This document shows positions 16,945 to 30,240 of a stretch of 64,000 nt of DNA, in pieces. This stretch comes from the human T2T-CHM13v2.0 reference genome, Homo sapiens. The notes beneath the pieces are model-generated. The model was given only the letters and a program-made list of their open reading frames with translations, ran no database searches and was not told where the DNA came from. The stretch is taken from NCBI RefSeq assembly GCF_009914755.1, contig NC_060937.1. One strand, 5' to 3'. Numbering within the stretch: the first letter of the stretch is position 1; each line of letters starts with the position of its first letter. The position numbers and the translations under genes are program-made.

Positions 16945-17333
16945 TAGACATATATCAAAGACATTGTGGGTTTCATTCCAGACCACTGCAATAAAGCAAA
17001 AACTGCATTAAGCAACTCACACAAATGTTTTGGTTCCCCTGTGCATATAAAAGTTATGTTTACCCTACACTGTAGCCTGTTAAGTTTGCAATGGCATTAT
17101 GTTCAAAAAACTTATGTACATACTTTAATTAAAAACTACTTTATTGGTTAAAAAATGCTAATGATCACCTAAGCCTTTAGCAAGTCACAGTCTTTTTGCT
17201 GGTGGAGGGCGTTGCCTCCATGTTCATGGCTGCTGACTGATCAGAGTGGTGGTTGCCAATGGTTGGAGTGGCTGAGGCAATTTCTTAAAATAGGAAAATG
17301 AAGTTTGCTGTGGCAAATGACTCTTCCTTTCAC
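16945..17333 (-). mobile_element. Tigger1, 3' end
   Basis: Terminal sequence tagacatatatcaaagacattgtgggtttcattccagaccactgcaataaag matches a Tigger1 end. Confidence 0.8.
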
Positions 17334-20300
17334 AAGTGAGGATTAAGTGGTGAAGCCATCAGGTCCTGGACTTTGTTGAAAGCCTTTTTATTACTGATTC
17401 AATCTCATTACTTGTTTTTGGTTTGTTCAGGTTTTCTATTTCTTCTTGGTTAGTCTTGGTAGGTCGTATGGTCAAGAATTTTGTCCACTTCCTCTAGGTT
17501 TTCAAATTTATTGTAGAGTTGCTCATAATAGTCTCTAATAATTCTTTTTATTTCTGTCATATCTGTCATGAGGTCTCTTTTTTTGTTTCTGATTTTACTT
17601 ATTTGGTTCTTCCCTTTTTCTTAATTAGTCTAGCTAATGGTTTGTTGATATTTTTTAAACCTGCTTTTTGTTGTTAACCTTTTGTAATTTTTGCCTCAAA
17701 TCTGTTTATTTCTGTTTGGTCTTCATTATTTATTTCCTTTTAACAATTTGGGGTTTGGTTTGTTCTTACTATTCTAGTTTCTTGAGGTAGAATTGTTCAG
17801 TGGTTTATTTGAAAGTTTTCTAGATTTTTTGATCCAGGCATTTATTGCTAAAAACATACTTCTTTTTTTTTATACTTTAAGTTCTAGGGTACATGTGCAC
17901 AATGTGCAGGTTTGTTACATATGTATACATGTGCCATGTTGGTGTGCTGTGCCCATTAACTCGTCATTTACATTAGGTATATCTTCTAATGCTATCCCTC
18001 CCCCCTCCCCCTACCCAATCAGGCCCCAGTGTGTGATATCCCCCTTCCCGTGTCCAAGTGTTCTCATTGTTCTATTCCCACCTATGAGTGAGAACATGTG
18101 ATGTTTGGTGTTTTGTCCTTGCGATAGGTTGCTGAAAAAATGATGAGTTCATGTCCTTTGTAGGGACATGGATGAAGCTAAAAACATACTTCTCAATAAC
18201 TGCTTTTGCTGTGTCTCCTGTTTTGGTATATTGTGTTTCTAGTTACATTTGTTTCAAAGAATTCTTAAATTTCATTGTTAATTTCTTTCTTCACTCATTG
18301 TAACTCAAGGGCATGTTGTTTAATTTCCATATGTCTGTATAGTTTTGAATGTTCCTCTTGTTATGAATGTCTAGTTTTATTCCACTGTGGTAAGATAAGA
18401 TACCTGATAGAATTTCAATTTTTAAAAATTTGTTGAGACTTGTTTTGTAACCTAACAAATGGTCTATCTTGGATAATGTTTCATGTGCTGATGAAAAGAA
18501 TGTGTATTCTGCAGCTGTTAGGTGAGATGTTCTGTATATGTTTGTTATTTATGTCCATTTGGTCTATGGTGGAGTTTAAGTCTGATGTTTCTTTGTTGAT
18601 TTTCTGTCTAGATGATTTGCCCAATGCTGAGAGTGGGATATGGAAGTGCCCAACTCTTATTGTAATGGGGTCTATCTCCCTCTTTAGATCTATTAATATT
18701 CACTTTATATATCTAGGTGCTCTGGTGTTTGAGTGCATACATATTTACAATTATACACATATTACAATTATATTTCTTGCTGAATTGAACCCTTTATTAT
18801 TACAAAATAATCTTGTTTGTCCATTTTTATGGTTTTTAACTTGAACTCTGTTTTGTCTGATACAAGTATAGCTATCCCTGCTCACTTTTGGCTTCCATTT
18901 GCATAGAATATCTTTTTGCATCCCTTCATTATCAGTCTATGTGTTTCTTTACCGGTAAGATGAGTTTCTTTTAGATAAAATATAGTTAGGTCTTATTTTT
19001 TAATCCACTCAGTAAGTCTATATCCTTCATGGGGTATTTAATCTATTAACATTCAAAGTTATTATTGGTAGGTGAGGAGTTACTTCCAACATTTTATTGT
19101 TTTCTGGTTGTTTTGTATATGTTTTATTCCTTTCTTCCTGTTTACTTTTGAAGTTGGGTAGTTTTCTATAGTGATAAGGCTTCATTCCTTTCTCTTTCTC
19201 CTTTATGCATTGACTCTAACAGTAACTTTTAAAGTTTTGCATGTTTTTATGATGGTGGTTATCATCTTTTTACTTCCAGATGTAAGACTCCCTTGAGCAT
19301 TTCTTGTAAGGCTGGTCTAGTGGTGATGAATTATCTTGGTTTTTGTTTATCTATGACAGATTTTATGTCTTCTTCATTTGTAAAGGATAGCTGTGCTGGG
19401 TATAATATTCTCAGCTGAAAGTTTTTTTTTTCTTTCAGAACTTCGAATATATCATCCCATTCTCTTCTAGCCTAAGGTTTCTGCTGGGAAATCAGCTGTT
19501 AGTCTAATGGGGATTCCATTATAAATGTGTTACTTTTCTCTTGCTATTTTAAAAAATCTTTGTCTTTGATTTTTCACAATTTGACTATAATGTCTGGGTT
19601 GAATGTATTTGGGGTTCTTTGATCTTCCTGGAACTAGATGTCTAGCTCTCTCTCAAGAGTTAGGAAGTTTTATGCTCTCATTTTATTAAATATGTTTTCC
19701 TCATATTTTCTCTTCACTTTTCCTTCTGGAATGCCCATAATATGAATATTTGATCAAATTAATGGTGTCCCATAAATCCTGTAGGCTTTTTTCATTCTTT
19801 TTTATCCTTTTTTGCCTGCCTGTGTTATTTCAAAAGACTTGTCTTCAAGTTCAGAAATTATTTCTTCTGCTTGTTCTTGTCTGTAAAGCCATTGATTGTA
19901 TTTTTTCATTTCATCCATTGAACTGTTTAGCTCTTAGGGCTTCTGTTTGGTTATTTTTATGATATCTGTATCTTTACTGAATTTCTCTTTCAAATCATGT
20001 TTTCCTGATTTCATTGACTTGTCTATCTGTATTACCTTATATCTCACTGAGTTTCCTTAAGATTATTCTTTTTTCTGTCATCTCTTATGTTTATGATTGG
20101 GTTCTATTACTGGATAATTATTATTTCCCTTTGTAGATGACATGTTTTCTTGCATTTTCACGGTTGCTGTGTTTCTAAATTGATTTCTATGCATCTGGTG
20201 AAAAAGTCACCTTTTCCAATTTTATGGAGTAGGTTTACTTGTATGAATTTATTTCTATGAATAGGTCTCGGATGTCAGTTCATTGGGGTATACTGGCCTT

Positions 20301-22294
20301 GGTTCTACATGGATGCAGTAAGTGTAGTCTCCATGTAGTTTATTCAGCTGTGATCTACACTAGTAACATTTGCAAGTTACTCAGTGGCCTAGGCTAAGGA
20401 AGTTTGTGGTGATGGTGGTGCAGCCTTGCCAGGGGTGGGCTCACTGGGCTGTTTCTCAGGGTAGGGGTGTGTGCAGGCATACACTGGGTCAGAAAACTTG
20501 GAGTATGGCCTTATGCGGCTGGCCATGGTGCTGTCACTCTAGCCAGGAGCATGGGGATGCAGTTGCTCAACCAGGGCATGACTGCCAGATGTGCTTTGCA
20601 GGACAGTTTCTCAGGCCCAGGACGCAGGCACACAGCTGTTTGCCTGGCCTGGAAGCATGCACTCCAGGAGTGGCCTGAAGGGCTGTTTCCCCTACCTGGT
20701 ATGTGGGTACACAGCTGCTCATCTGGCCTGCAGCCAGTCTGCTGGGGGAAACTCATGGGCCAAATATACAGCTGCATAGCTCCTAAGCTGGACTGAAGAT
20801 ATCTTTGCCAGGGCTGGCCAAGAGGGGGTGTTTCTCAGGCCTGGGATACAGTCAAATGACTTCTCAGCTGTCCTGGATGTGTTTCTGCTGGGGGTAGTCT
20901 ATAGAGCTATTCTAGCTCAGGATGTGGGCACACTGCTGCTCAGCTGGCCTGGGTGGTGCCTGCCAGGGGAAGCCCAGGGGACTGCTTCTATAAGCCAGGA
21001 TGTGGACACGAGGCTGCTCGGCTGGCCTAGGGGCATGTCTTCTGGAAGTAGCCCATGGAGCTCTTTCTTAGGTCCAGGACATGGGCATTCATGGCTGATT
21101 GGCTAGTCTGGAGGTGCATCTGCTGGGAATGGATACAGGACTATTTCTCAGGCTCGTGCAAGGTTGCACAGCTGCTTAGTTGGCCTGGGAGTATTTCTGT
21201 GGGGGGTGGCCTAAAGGGCTGTTCCTCAAGCTGGGACATAGGTATGTGGCTGCTTAGTTGGCCTGACAGTCTGCTGGCCAGAGTAAGCTCCCAGGGTTCT
21301 TTCTCGGCCCTGAGACTTGGGCATACACAGCTGCTTGTCTCTCAGGTCTGAGACACAGGTGCAAGGCCCACTCGGTGGTGTGCCTGCTAGGGGCAGCCTG
21401 TGGGACTGTTTCTCAGGCCCTTATCAAAGGCAGAGGGCTCCTGGGCAGGCCAGGAGCATGTCTGTGGTGGATGGGGCCTGCAAGGCTGTTTCTCAGGTCC
21501 TGAGCATGGGCTCATAGTCACTCTGTTGACCTGGGGGTGTATCAGCTGCTCAGAGGCTTAGGGGCCTCTCCCACTTGGGAGAGGGCTTGCAGTGGTTTGG
21601 CTGTCTTAAGAGTGAGTTTACCCTGGATGGGACTGCAGATTATTCCTCTGTCTGGAAGTGTGGTGGTGGGGGTTGATTTCCCTGCTCTGCATTACTTGAG
21701 TTACAGCCAGTCCTGGGACCAACCTCCACACAGCTGGGATTGTGGCTTTAACCCACCCATGTGGGCTTGGTGTACTGAAGATAAAGCTCCAGTGCTGGAG
21801 AGGCACAGTGGCTACTGGCCCCCAGAGGAGGGCACACTCAAGAGATGACTCTGGTCTCAAGATGGTGCTGTGTTGCTGCAGCTTAAGTCTCTGGGGGTGG
21901 GAAGTCTTCACCTTGTACTCCTAGTCCAGGACATGCAGCTTTGTCAATTCTTGGCAGTACTCCAAACTGGCCTCAGGGCTTGCAAAGACTGTGAGATTCT
22001 CCTGTTGTAAAGACTTTGTGTTTGTGATGGCAGTGGGGTGACAGGGATCTTCTGCTTACCTTCACCCTGCAATGAGAAGTCCCTCCTGTCTCTGGGCCAA
22101 TTCAATCCAGATGGGGCAGAAGGGGCTGCACAGGCTGAGTGCTTCCATGCTGTGGCAACTTCCAGTCACCACAGATGTGTCTGCACTCCTTTGCTGCACT
22201 CCAGGACTATGCCTTTGATACTCTAATCAAATCTTAGACGTGTATTTGTTGCCTCGGTTTTTTCTCGTAGGGGAGATGAGCACCAGGCATCTCT
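17334..22294 (-). mobile_element. Old L1 (L1M-type) 5' portion inserted into Tigger1, with GC-rich tandem 5'UTR monomers at about 20370-21560
   Basis: Antisense L1 ORF2 and ORF1-like sequence, followed by repeated gggctgtttctcaggcc...cacagctgctc units. Confidence 0.7.
17863..18179 (-). mobile_element. Short L1PA 3' insertion with 5' inversion
   Basis: Poly-T and antisense L1 3'UTR to about 18135, then a sense segment at 18136-18179; TSD aaaaacatacttc at 17850-17862 and 18180-18192. Confidence 0.85.
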
Positions 22295-23473
22295 ATTCAC
22301 CCATCTTGCTTGATTTAGCATAATTCGTAAGGGCCCTAGGATTTTCGGAATAGTCAATGATTGCTGGCTTCAACTTAAAGTCACCAGCTTCATTAGCCCC
22401 TAACAAGAGAATTGGCCTCTGCTTTGAAGATTTGAAAGCATGCGTTGACTTCTCCTCTCTAAATATAAAAGTCCTAGATGGCATCTTCTTCCAATAAAAG
22501 ACTATCTTGTCTACATTGAAAATCTGTTGTTTAGTTTGGCCACCTTCATCAATTATCTCAGCTAGATCTTCTGGATAACTTGCTGCTGCTTCTGCATCAG
22601 CACTTGCTGTTTGCCTTGCACTTTTATGTTATAGAGATGGCTTCTTTCCTTAAACCTCATGAACCAAGCTTTTAGCTTCAAGCTTTTCTTCTGCAGCTTC
22701 CTTACCTCTCCCAGGCTTCATTGAATCGAAGAGAGTGAGGGCCTTGTCCTGGATTAGGCTTTGGCTTAAGGGAATGCTGTGGCTGGTTTGATCATTTATC
22801 CAGACCACTAAAACATTCTCCAGATTAGCAATCAGACTGTTTTGCTTTCTCATCATTTGTATGTTCAGTGGAGCAGCAGTCTTAATTTTCTTCAAGAAGT
22901 TTTTTGTCTTTTCTGTTTTGTTTTGTTTTTGTTTTTGTTTTACATTCACAACTTGGCTGAACTGCTACAAGAAGTCTAGCCTTGCTCACAATCATTTCTA
23001 GCTTTTGGTTTAAAGTGAGAGCCATGTGACTCTTCCTTTCACTAGGACACTCAGAGACCATCATAGGCTTATTAAATGGCCTACTTTCAATATTGTTGTG
23101 ACTCAGGGAATAGGGAGGCCCAAGGAGAAGGAGAAAGATGGGGGAATGGCTAGTCAGTGGAGCAGTCGGAACAAACATGTCATTGATTAGGCTTGTCACC
23201 TTAATATGGGCATGGTTCGTGTTGCCCCAAAACAATTACAATAGTAACAACAAAGATCACTGATCACAGATCAGCATAACAGATATGATAATAAAAAGTT
23301 TGGAATATTGCAAGAATTATTAAAATGTGACAGAGACACAAGGTGAGAACATGCTGTTGGAAAAATAAAATCAGGAGACTTGCTCAATGCAGGGTTGCTA
23401 CAAACCTTCAGTTTATAAAAAAGTAATATCTGAGGGGCAATAAAGTAAAGCACAATAAAACAAGATATACCTG
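22295..23473 (-). mobile_element. Tigger1, 5' part with transposase remnants
   Basis: Terminus CAGGTATATCTTGTTTTATTGTGCTT; ORFs 22293-22484 (MPSRTFI..EEKS..FK..K...[14 protein letters not shown]) and 22650-22949 are pogo/Tigger transposase fragments. Confidence 0.9.
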
Positions 23474-23860
23474 CATATACACACACATATATGTATATGT
23501 AAACTATATATGTGTATATATACATATATATGCTAAAGGATATATACATATATGTTTACATATATATACACATGCTCATATATATATTAGAGGATATATA
23601 TATGACTACTGATGTTATTAATTTGGGTCAGTGCTAAAGAATATATCTATACATAGATATGTATATATAGATATATATATACACACATTTAAATATGCAC
23701 ATATGTAGACATATGTATATAGATATGTGTATATCTATATACACAAATACATATTTATATATCTATATATACTACATATATAGCTAAAAGATATATCTGT
23801 ATATATATATACACACACACATATATACATGTGTGTTATGTGTGTGTGTGTGTAGATATA
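23474..23860. repeat. (TA/CA/TG)n low-complexity tract containing fragments of the micro-exon unit
   Basis: Seen directly. Confidence 0.85.
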
Positions 23861-24304
23861 TCCTTTAGCACTGACTCAAATTAATAACATCAGTAGTTTT
23901 CAGTGACACCACCACTGAAAGGTGAGTTATATCAAAGATATATCAAAGTAGTGAAAGACTACTGATGTCATTTTATCCGGGCCAGTGCTAAGGATTAAAA
24001 ATGTACACATCAGGTCAAGTGACTTCAGAGACATACTTTTCTGGTTGAAGTTATGTACAATTGCTCTACATTTATAAACTGGTTGAACTCTGAAAATGTA
24101 TATGTCAATGATTTGGAATCTACTATTAATATATCATTTTTTCCTAGAAGAAAAGCTTATATTATGTAAAGGTGCTCTTGGGCCTTAACAAACAATCTAA
24201 TGAATCACAACTTAAGTGCAGTTCTTTATTACTTCATTTGTGAGTGAATTTTACCAATCTTAATATATCCCTCTCTTCTTTCTCTCCATATTTTGAAATC
24301 TCAC

Positions 24305-24350
24305 CCATCATTGATGACTCTACCACTCATTGCTCTTTTTAATTCAATAG
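24305..24350 (-). pseudogene. 46-nt deleted copy of the repeat micro-exon with intact splice sites
   Basis: cctttag|CTATTGAATTAAAAAGAGC...AATGATGG|gtgaga. Confidence 0.55.
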
Positions 24351-25301
24351 CTAAAGGATTAAAAATGAACATAGCAAGACTCCACATGTTATCCTAGACT
24401 TAATTTTCTGATACAAATTAGCAATAATTATTCTACAATTTATAATCTAGTTACCCTGAAAAATGGACATTAATCAGTTATTTCTTTGAAACATGGTGTT
24501 TAATTTTTCTCTGGAAATGAGGTTTTAGATGTCTGTAATGGAATTTTTCAGCCTGTGAAAAAAACTTAATGAATCAAGTTTATATACATTTCTTTACTCC
24601 TAAACCTCATCCCCAAGTTACTGTTTCTGGCAAAATTTACATAAAATCAACTTCAGTTTGTAAATACCCACCTTGCTTGCCCTTGTAATTTTCTGCCTTC
24701 TCAAATACCAACAGTAACTCTTCACCAATCATGGATGTCTTTCCTGCCCCTCAGATAGGGTTAAGTAACTACAGACCCAAGGCAGGGCCTGCATACGATC
24801 TGATGGTGGGTTTACCTTTGGGGCAGTAGCCTCATGTGGTAACAGACGAAGAGACCAGGGGTCTATTAGCTTTGCTCTTTTCTGTTGAGAGCTCCTCAGC
24901 TCCCTGCCCACTGTTACCTCCTCCTTGCACCAAATAGGACTGTTGCCTCTTTTGGCTCACTCTAGTAGAGTGTCATACAATACACACATTCTCATATTTT
25001 CCTAAGGTTTCAGGGTGCTGCTAAATAAGGGTGACCAATGGAATAGGAATAAGAAGCATTCCTCTTAAGACCTATTCCTCTTTTATCCAACTAGATCGAA
25101 GAAAGAAAGGTACCTGCAGATACTACAGAAATAAGACTTTAGAAAACAGTGTCTAAAACACTCTGTATTGTTATGGATGCTCCATACAATGAACTTCCCA
25201 AATCTGAATCTCTCCTTTCTACATGTATACTTTTGTGTGTGTCTATGTGTGTATTTACATATATATGTTTACATCTAGCTTTTTATTTACTTAAACCTCA
25301 A

Positions 25302-25355
25302 ATTTTGTGGAAGGTCCCTTCATGTGTTACTGTTGTCATTTCACTGAAGACAGTG
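25302..25355 (-). pseudogene. 54-nt repeat micro-exon copy, open frame (S)TVFSEMTTVTHEGTFHK, donor lost
   Basis: ccatcag acceptor; the donor position reads ttgagg. Confidence 0.6.
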
Positions 25356-25622
25356 CTGATGGAGTAAAAAGGTACATAGACATATAATGAATTTCTCTTT
25401 TTGACACTATTAGCAAATACATTTTTTGCACCAAAAGGAGTAGATTTTCCATAAATATGAAATACATACATATATAATAAGTGAGGGTATGCAAATCCTA
25501 CCACATAAGCCCAGTAAGTAAAATTCAACAGTTAACAAAGACTCATTTACCAATGGTCAGTTAATCAGAGATTAATTAAATTTATATAAATTAAACCTAT
25601 GTACATATTAAAAATACATTTT

Positions 25623-25921
<299 letters not shown>

Positions 25922-26928
25922 GAAATACATTTTAATTTGCCCATGCGTCCAACGTCCTATAAAATAAATTCTTTTAAAAATTTATTTATTGGCTTAAAAA
26001 TCAATGCTACATACAAAACTCACATGCTATTGCTTAATGAGCAACTACAGAATTCTTACCTAGATGTTCCCTTAATCAGCCACTGATTAAACACAATCCT
26101 TTTATTCCTTCTGTAAAATCTCATTCATTTTGCAAGGTTTCTTGAGCATTACACTATAATTAACTTGAATCAGGTTTTCCGTATTACTTACACCTTTATG
26201 ATTTATTTCCAGGAGAGGTTTTCACATGACTGGGAAAACCCTCCACCATCTCCTTCCTTTCACTGATCATGCTAGTCTCTCCTGCCCATGAGACACAGTG
26301 AAGTACCCGCGCACCTGAGGAAAGCGGCATCCAATGAGGTGGTGGGTTTGGGTTGGGTCTAGGCACCAACCTCACATGTGGACAGAGCTCTCGAGGGTGT
26401 GGGACAAGTCCACGTTCCATTAGCTCTGTTCTTTTTTTCCCAGGGCTTCACTACTCCTTATTGGCTGCTATCTCATCCATGTTGCAAATAGGATTCTCTC
26501 CTTTCTTGGAACACTATGGTAGGGTCTCAAACTCAGGAAACCTGAATCCCTTAAAAAATTACCTACTAGAAATTGAGGGTGACAAATACACTAACAGGAA
26601 GAAGCAGCTCTCCTACGAACTGACCTCCTTATACAACTCCTTCAAAAAAGGATGCAAAGTTACCTGCAAATGCTACAATGAGAAGAATTGGAAACCTTGT
26701 TAAAAAATACTCTGTATGGCCATGAAGGCTCCTGAGAGTAAATTCCACAAATGTCCATCTGTCTCCGTGTTTGGTGTTTCCACTTTGTGCATGGGTTTGT
26801 TTGTGTAAATGTGTTGACAAAAGTGTGTATGGATGAAGATGGATGGATATATTTGTGTATGTGCTTGGTGTGTGTACAGCTCTATGCACTCTTATGCATA
26901 CGTGTGTCTTCATGTATTTATAACTCAC

Positions 26929-26982
26929 CTTTTACTGATAGGTGACACCAGGGCTGCTCCTTTAAATTCACTTGTGTGTGGG
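26929..26982 (-). CDS. TPTE2: TPTE2 coding micro-exon (54 nt): (S)PHTSEFKGAALVSPISK(S)
   Basis: cctctag acceptor, AG|gtgagt donor; matches the recalled TPTE2 N-terminus. Confidence 0.93.
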
Positions 26983-27501
26983 CTAGAGGATGATAAAAGA
27001 ATACAGTCAGATAGGAGACACGATTCTAAATTTACTTTTTTGGAAAATTAGCTTTTATTACTCTAGACAGAAACCAATTAATTTCTGTCAGAAATCTGAG
27101 TCCCATAAAAATACTGCTTAGTAGGAACTAAGGGTGGCAATTACACTAACAGGAAGAAGCAACTCTCCTATGACCTGCTCCTTTTTATACAACTCCACCA
27201 AAGAAGGATGCAAAGTTACTAACAAATGCTACAATGAGACGAATTGGAAACTCTGTTACAAAAAAAAAAAAATCTCTATGGCCATGCAGGCTCCTGAGAG
27301 TAAATTTCACAAACCTCCATCAGTCTCCTTTCTCCTTGGTCTATGTTTCCATCATGTGCATGGATTAGTTTGTGTACGCGTGTTGAAGAGAAGTGTGGAT
27401 GGATGGATGGATGGATATATTTGCTCATATGCCTGTGTGTGTGTATAGTTCTATGCACACTTATGCTGACGGGTGACTTTATTTAACTATTTATTACTTA
27501 C

Positions 27502-27555
27502 CTTTCTTTCGCAGGTGCCTCCTCGGTTGTTCCTTTAAATTCGTTTGTCTGTGGA
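27502..27555 (-). CDS. TPTE2: TPTE2 coding micro-exon (54 nt): (S)PQTNEFKGTTEEAPAKE(S)
   Basis: ccgctag acceptor, AG|gtaagt donor. Confidence 0.93.
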
Positions 27556-28454
27556 CTAGCGGATGATAAGAGAATACAGTCAGAGAGGAGACATAATTCT
27601 GAATTTATATTTTGGAAAAATTACCTTTCATTACTCTAGACAGAAACCAATTAATTTCTGACTATTCATGTATACAGCACTATTGGAACCTGGAATGTCT
27701 ATTTTTCTTTATTAGAAATGAGGATGTATATGACGACAACCAAAATCTTAGGCTGGGGAAAATTGTAATGCTTCCCGATTTAAGTAAACCTCTTTATTAT
27801 GACCTCAGTCCCAATGTGTGACAGATTTTCTGGTGGCAATTATTTCAAACTCAACTCCAGTTTGTAGGTAGGCAGCCCTCTTATTCCATTCAATGTCCTG
27901 CTTAAAAGGCCCTCCATTAGCTCCTTACATTCACCCAGCATGGTGGTTTCTCATGCCCCACAAAAAGGGTCAGGTAACTAGAGGTCTGACACAGGGGCAC
28001 AATCCAATAGGATTTGAGGTTTGGAGCACCTGCCTCCGTGGTGGCAGAGTTCTGGAGGGTGGAGAACACCTCCAAGGCTCTTAGCTCTGTTGCTTTCTGC
28101 TGAAGGCTGCACAGTTCCCCAAGTACTCCTACTTCCTCCTCACTCCAAACAGGATTCTCTCTTCCCTCAGCCTACTCTGCTATGTCTGGTACACAGAAAA
28201 TCTGCTTTTCCAAAGCATTTGCCTGCTACTTACTAAGGGCGACAAGACAGTAACAGATGGAAGCCTCTCTCTATAGTCAGTTTCTTTTTTTCTAAACAAT
28301 GTTAAAATGTGGAAGTTATTTATACACGATACAGTGAGATGATAAAGAACCTGTGTCAAAGAAACACTGTATTATCGTGAACACATCTAAGAGTGAATCC
28401 CACTAATCTCGGTCTCTTTCTCTGTCACTGTTTTGTGTGTGTGTGTACATCTTT

Positions 28455-28762
28455 TGTTTTTTCTTTTTTTTCTTTTTTGCAACAAAGTTTCGCTCCTGCT
28501 GCCCAGGGTGGAATGCAGCGGCATGTTCTCAGCTCACTGCAAACTCCACTTCCCAAGGTTCAATCGATTCTCCTGCCTCACCCTCCTGAGGAGCTGGGAT
28601 TAGAGGCACCTGCCACCACACCTGGCTAGTTCTTGTAGTTTTAGTAGAGACAGGGTTTCACGATGTTTGCCAGCCTGGTCTTGAACACCTGATCTCAGGG
28701 CATCTGCCTGCTTCAGCCTTCCAAAGTGCTCAGATTACAGGTGTGAACCATTGCACCTGGCC
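28455..28762 (-). mobile_element. Diverged Alu
   Basis: Alu consensus; flanking direct repeat tgtgtacatctttt. Confidence 0.85.
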
Positions 28763-28786
28763 ATGTGTACATCTTTTATAATTCAC

Positions 28787-28840
28787 CTGTCACTGGGGGC
28801 TCTCTCAATGATGACTCCCGCCAGGGCATTCGGATCAGGA
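28787..28840 (-). CDS. TPTE2: Candidate alternative micro-exon (54 nt): (S)PDPNALAGVIIERAPSD(S), paralogous to the TPTE exon SPDPTDLAGVIIELGPND
   Basis: cctttag acceptor, AG|gtgaat donor, open phase-2 frame. Confidence 0.6.
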
Positions 28841-29820
28841 CTAAAGGACAAATATGGGCAGAGTCAGACACAATGCGTAATTCTAATGTTTTGCAATAAA
28901 TAGCTACAGTTAGTCTATGTGTCATTCCCTAGTTACACTTTAATTATTCACATGTACGTATATCACTAAATTGACCTGGGATGGCATTTGTCTTTTTATT
29001 AGAAATGAGGTTTCCTATGCCAACAGTGAGCATTTTAGGCTGTGAACATAGTGATGCATCCAGATTAAGTAAGGGTATCTACACCTCAATGTGTAACAGC
29101 ATTTTTGGAGAGCATTTAATTCTAGTTCAAATTTACTTTCTAAGTCCCGCTTCGTATAATCCCATCTGAGTTCCTCATTCTCTATCACCTCCAATCACCT
29201 CCTCACTTTTCACCCATCCTAGTTGTCTTTCCTGCCCAAAAGTTGCGGCCAAGTAGCTGGAGGCCTCAAGCAAGGGCTCCATCCCATGTGAGGGTGGGTA
29301 TGGGCAAAGGCAGTCAGCCTCACATAAAGGCAGAGCTCTGGAGGGGGTGAAATAATTCCAGGGTTATTAGCTCTGTTCTTTGTTTTGGCTAGGATTTTTC
29401 TGATCTTTGTCCACTCCTATCTCCTTCTCGCTGCAAGCAGGATTCGCTTCTCCCTTGGTCCACACTACTAGCACAGTCTCATTCTCACTGAATGGTAATG
29501 TGACAAACACTAACATAAAAAGCCTCCCTCTGTGAGTTCCTCCCCATTTTCCTACCTCTATCCAAAAAACAAAAGAACATTGCATACAAAGCTCATTCTG
29601 AGAGGACTCTAGAAATAGTTTCAAGGGAACTCCTTGTTCCCATGGATGCTTGTCACACTCAATAGCCCAACTCTCTCTTGTGTGTATGAATGCATGTATG
29701 TATGTGTTTGTATATGCATAGATACATGTATAACTGTATTCCTTGATATCGCATGGTGCATTGACCAGCCTACTAGAAGATACTCTCAATTCATACACAG
29801 GGCACTGCCAAAGAACTTAA

Positions 29821-30240
<420 letters not shown>

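Noticed and set aside
20370-21924. Dense cluster of overlapping 60-110 aa ORFs
   Set aside because: Explained by GC-rich L1 5' tandem monomers; no recognisable protein or splice structure.
29755-29810. Micro-exon copy reading ..YELRVSSSRLVNA
   Set aside because: No GT donor and the length or frame is disturbed; counted only as a decayed array unit.
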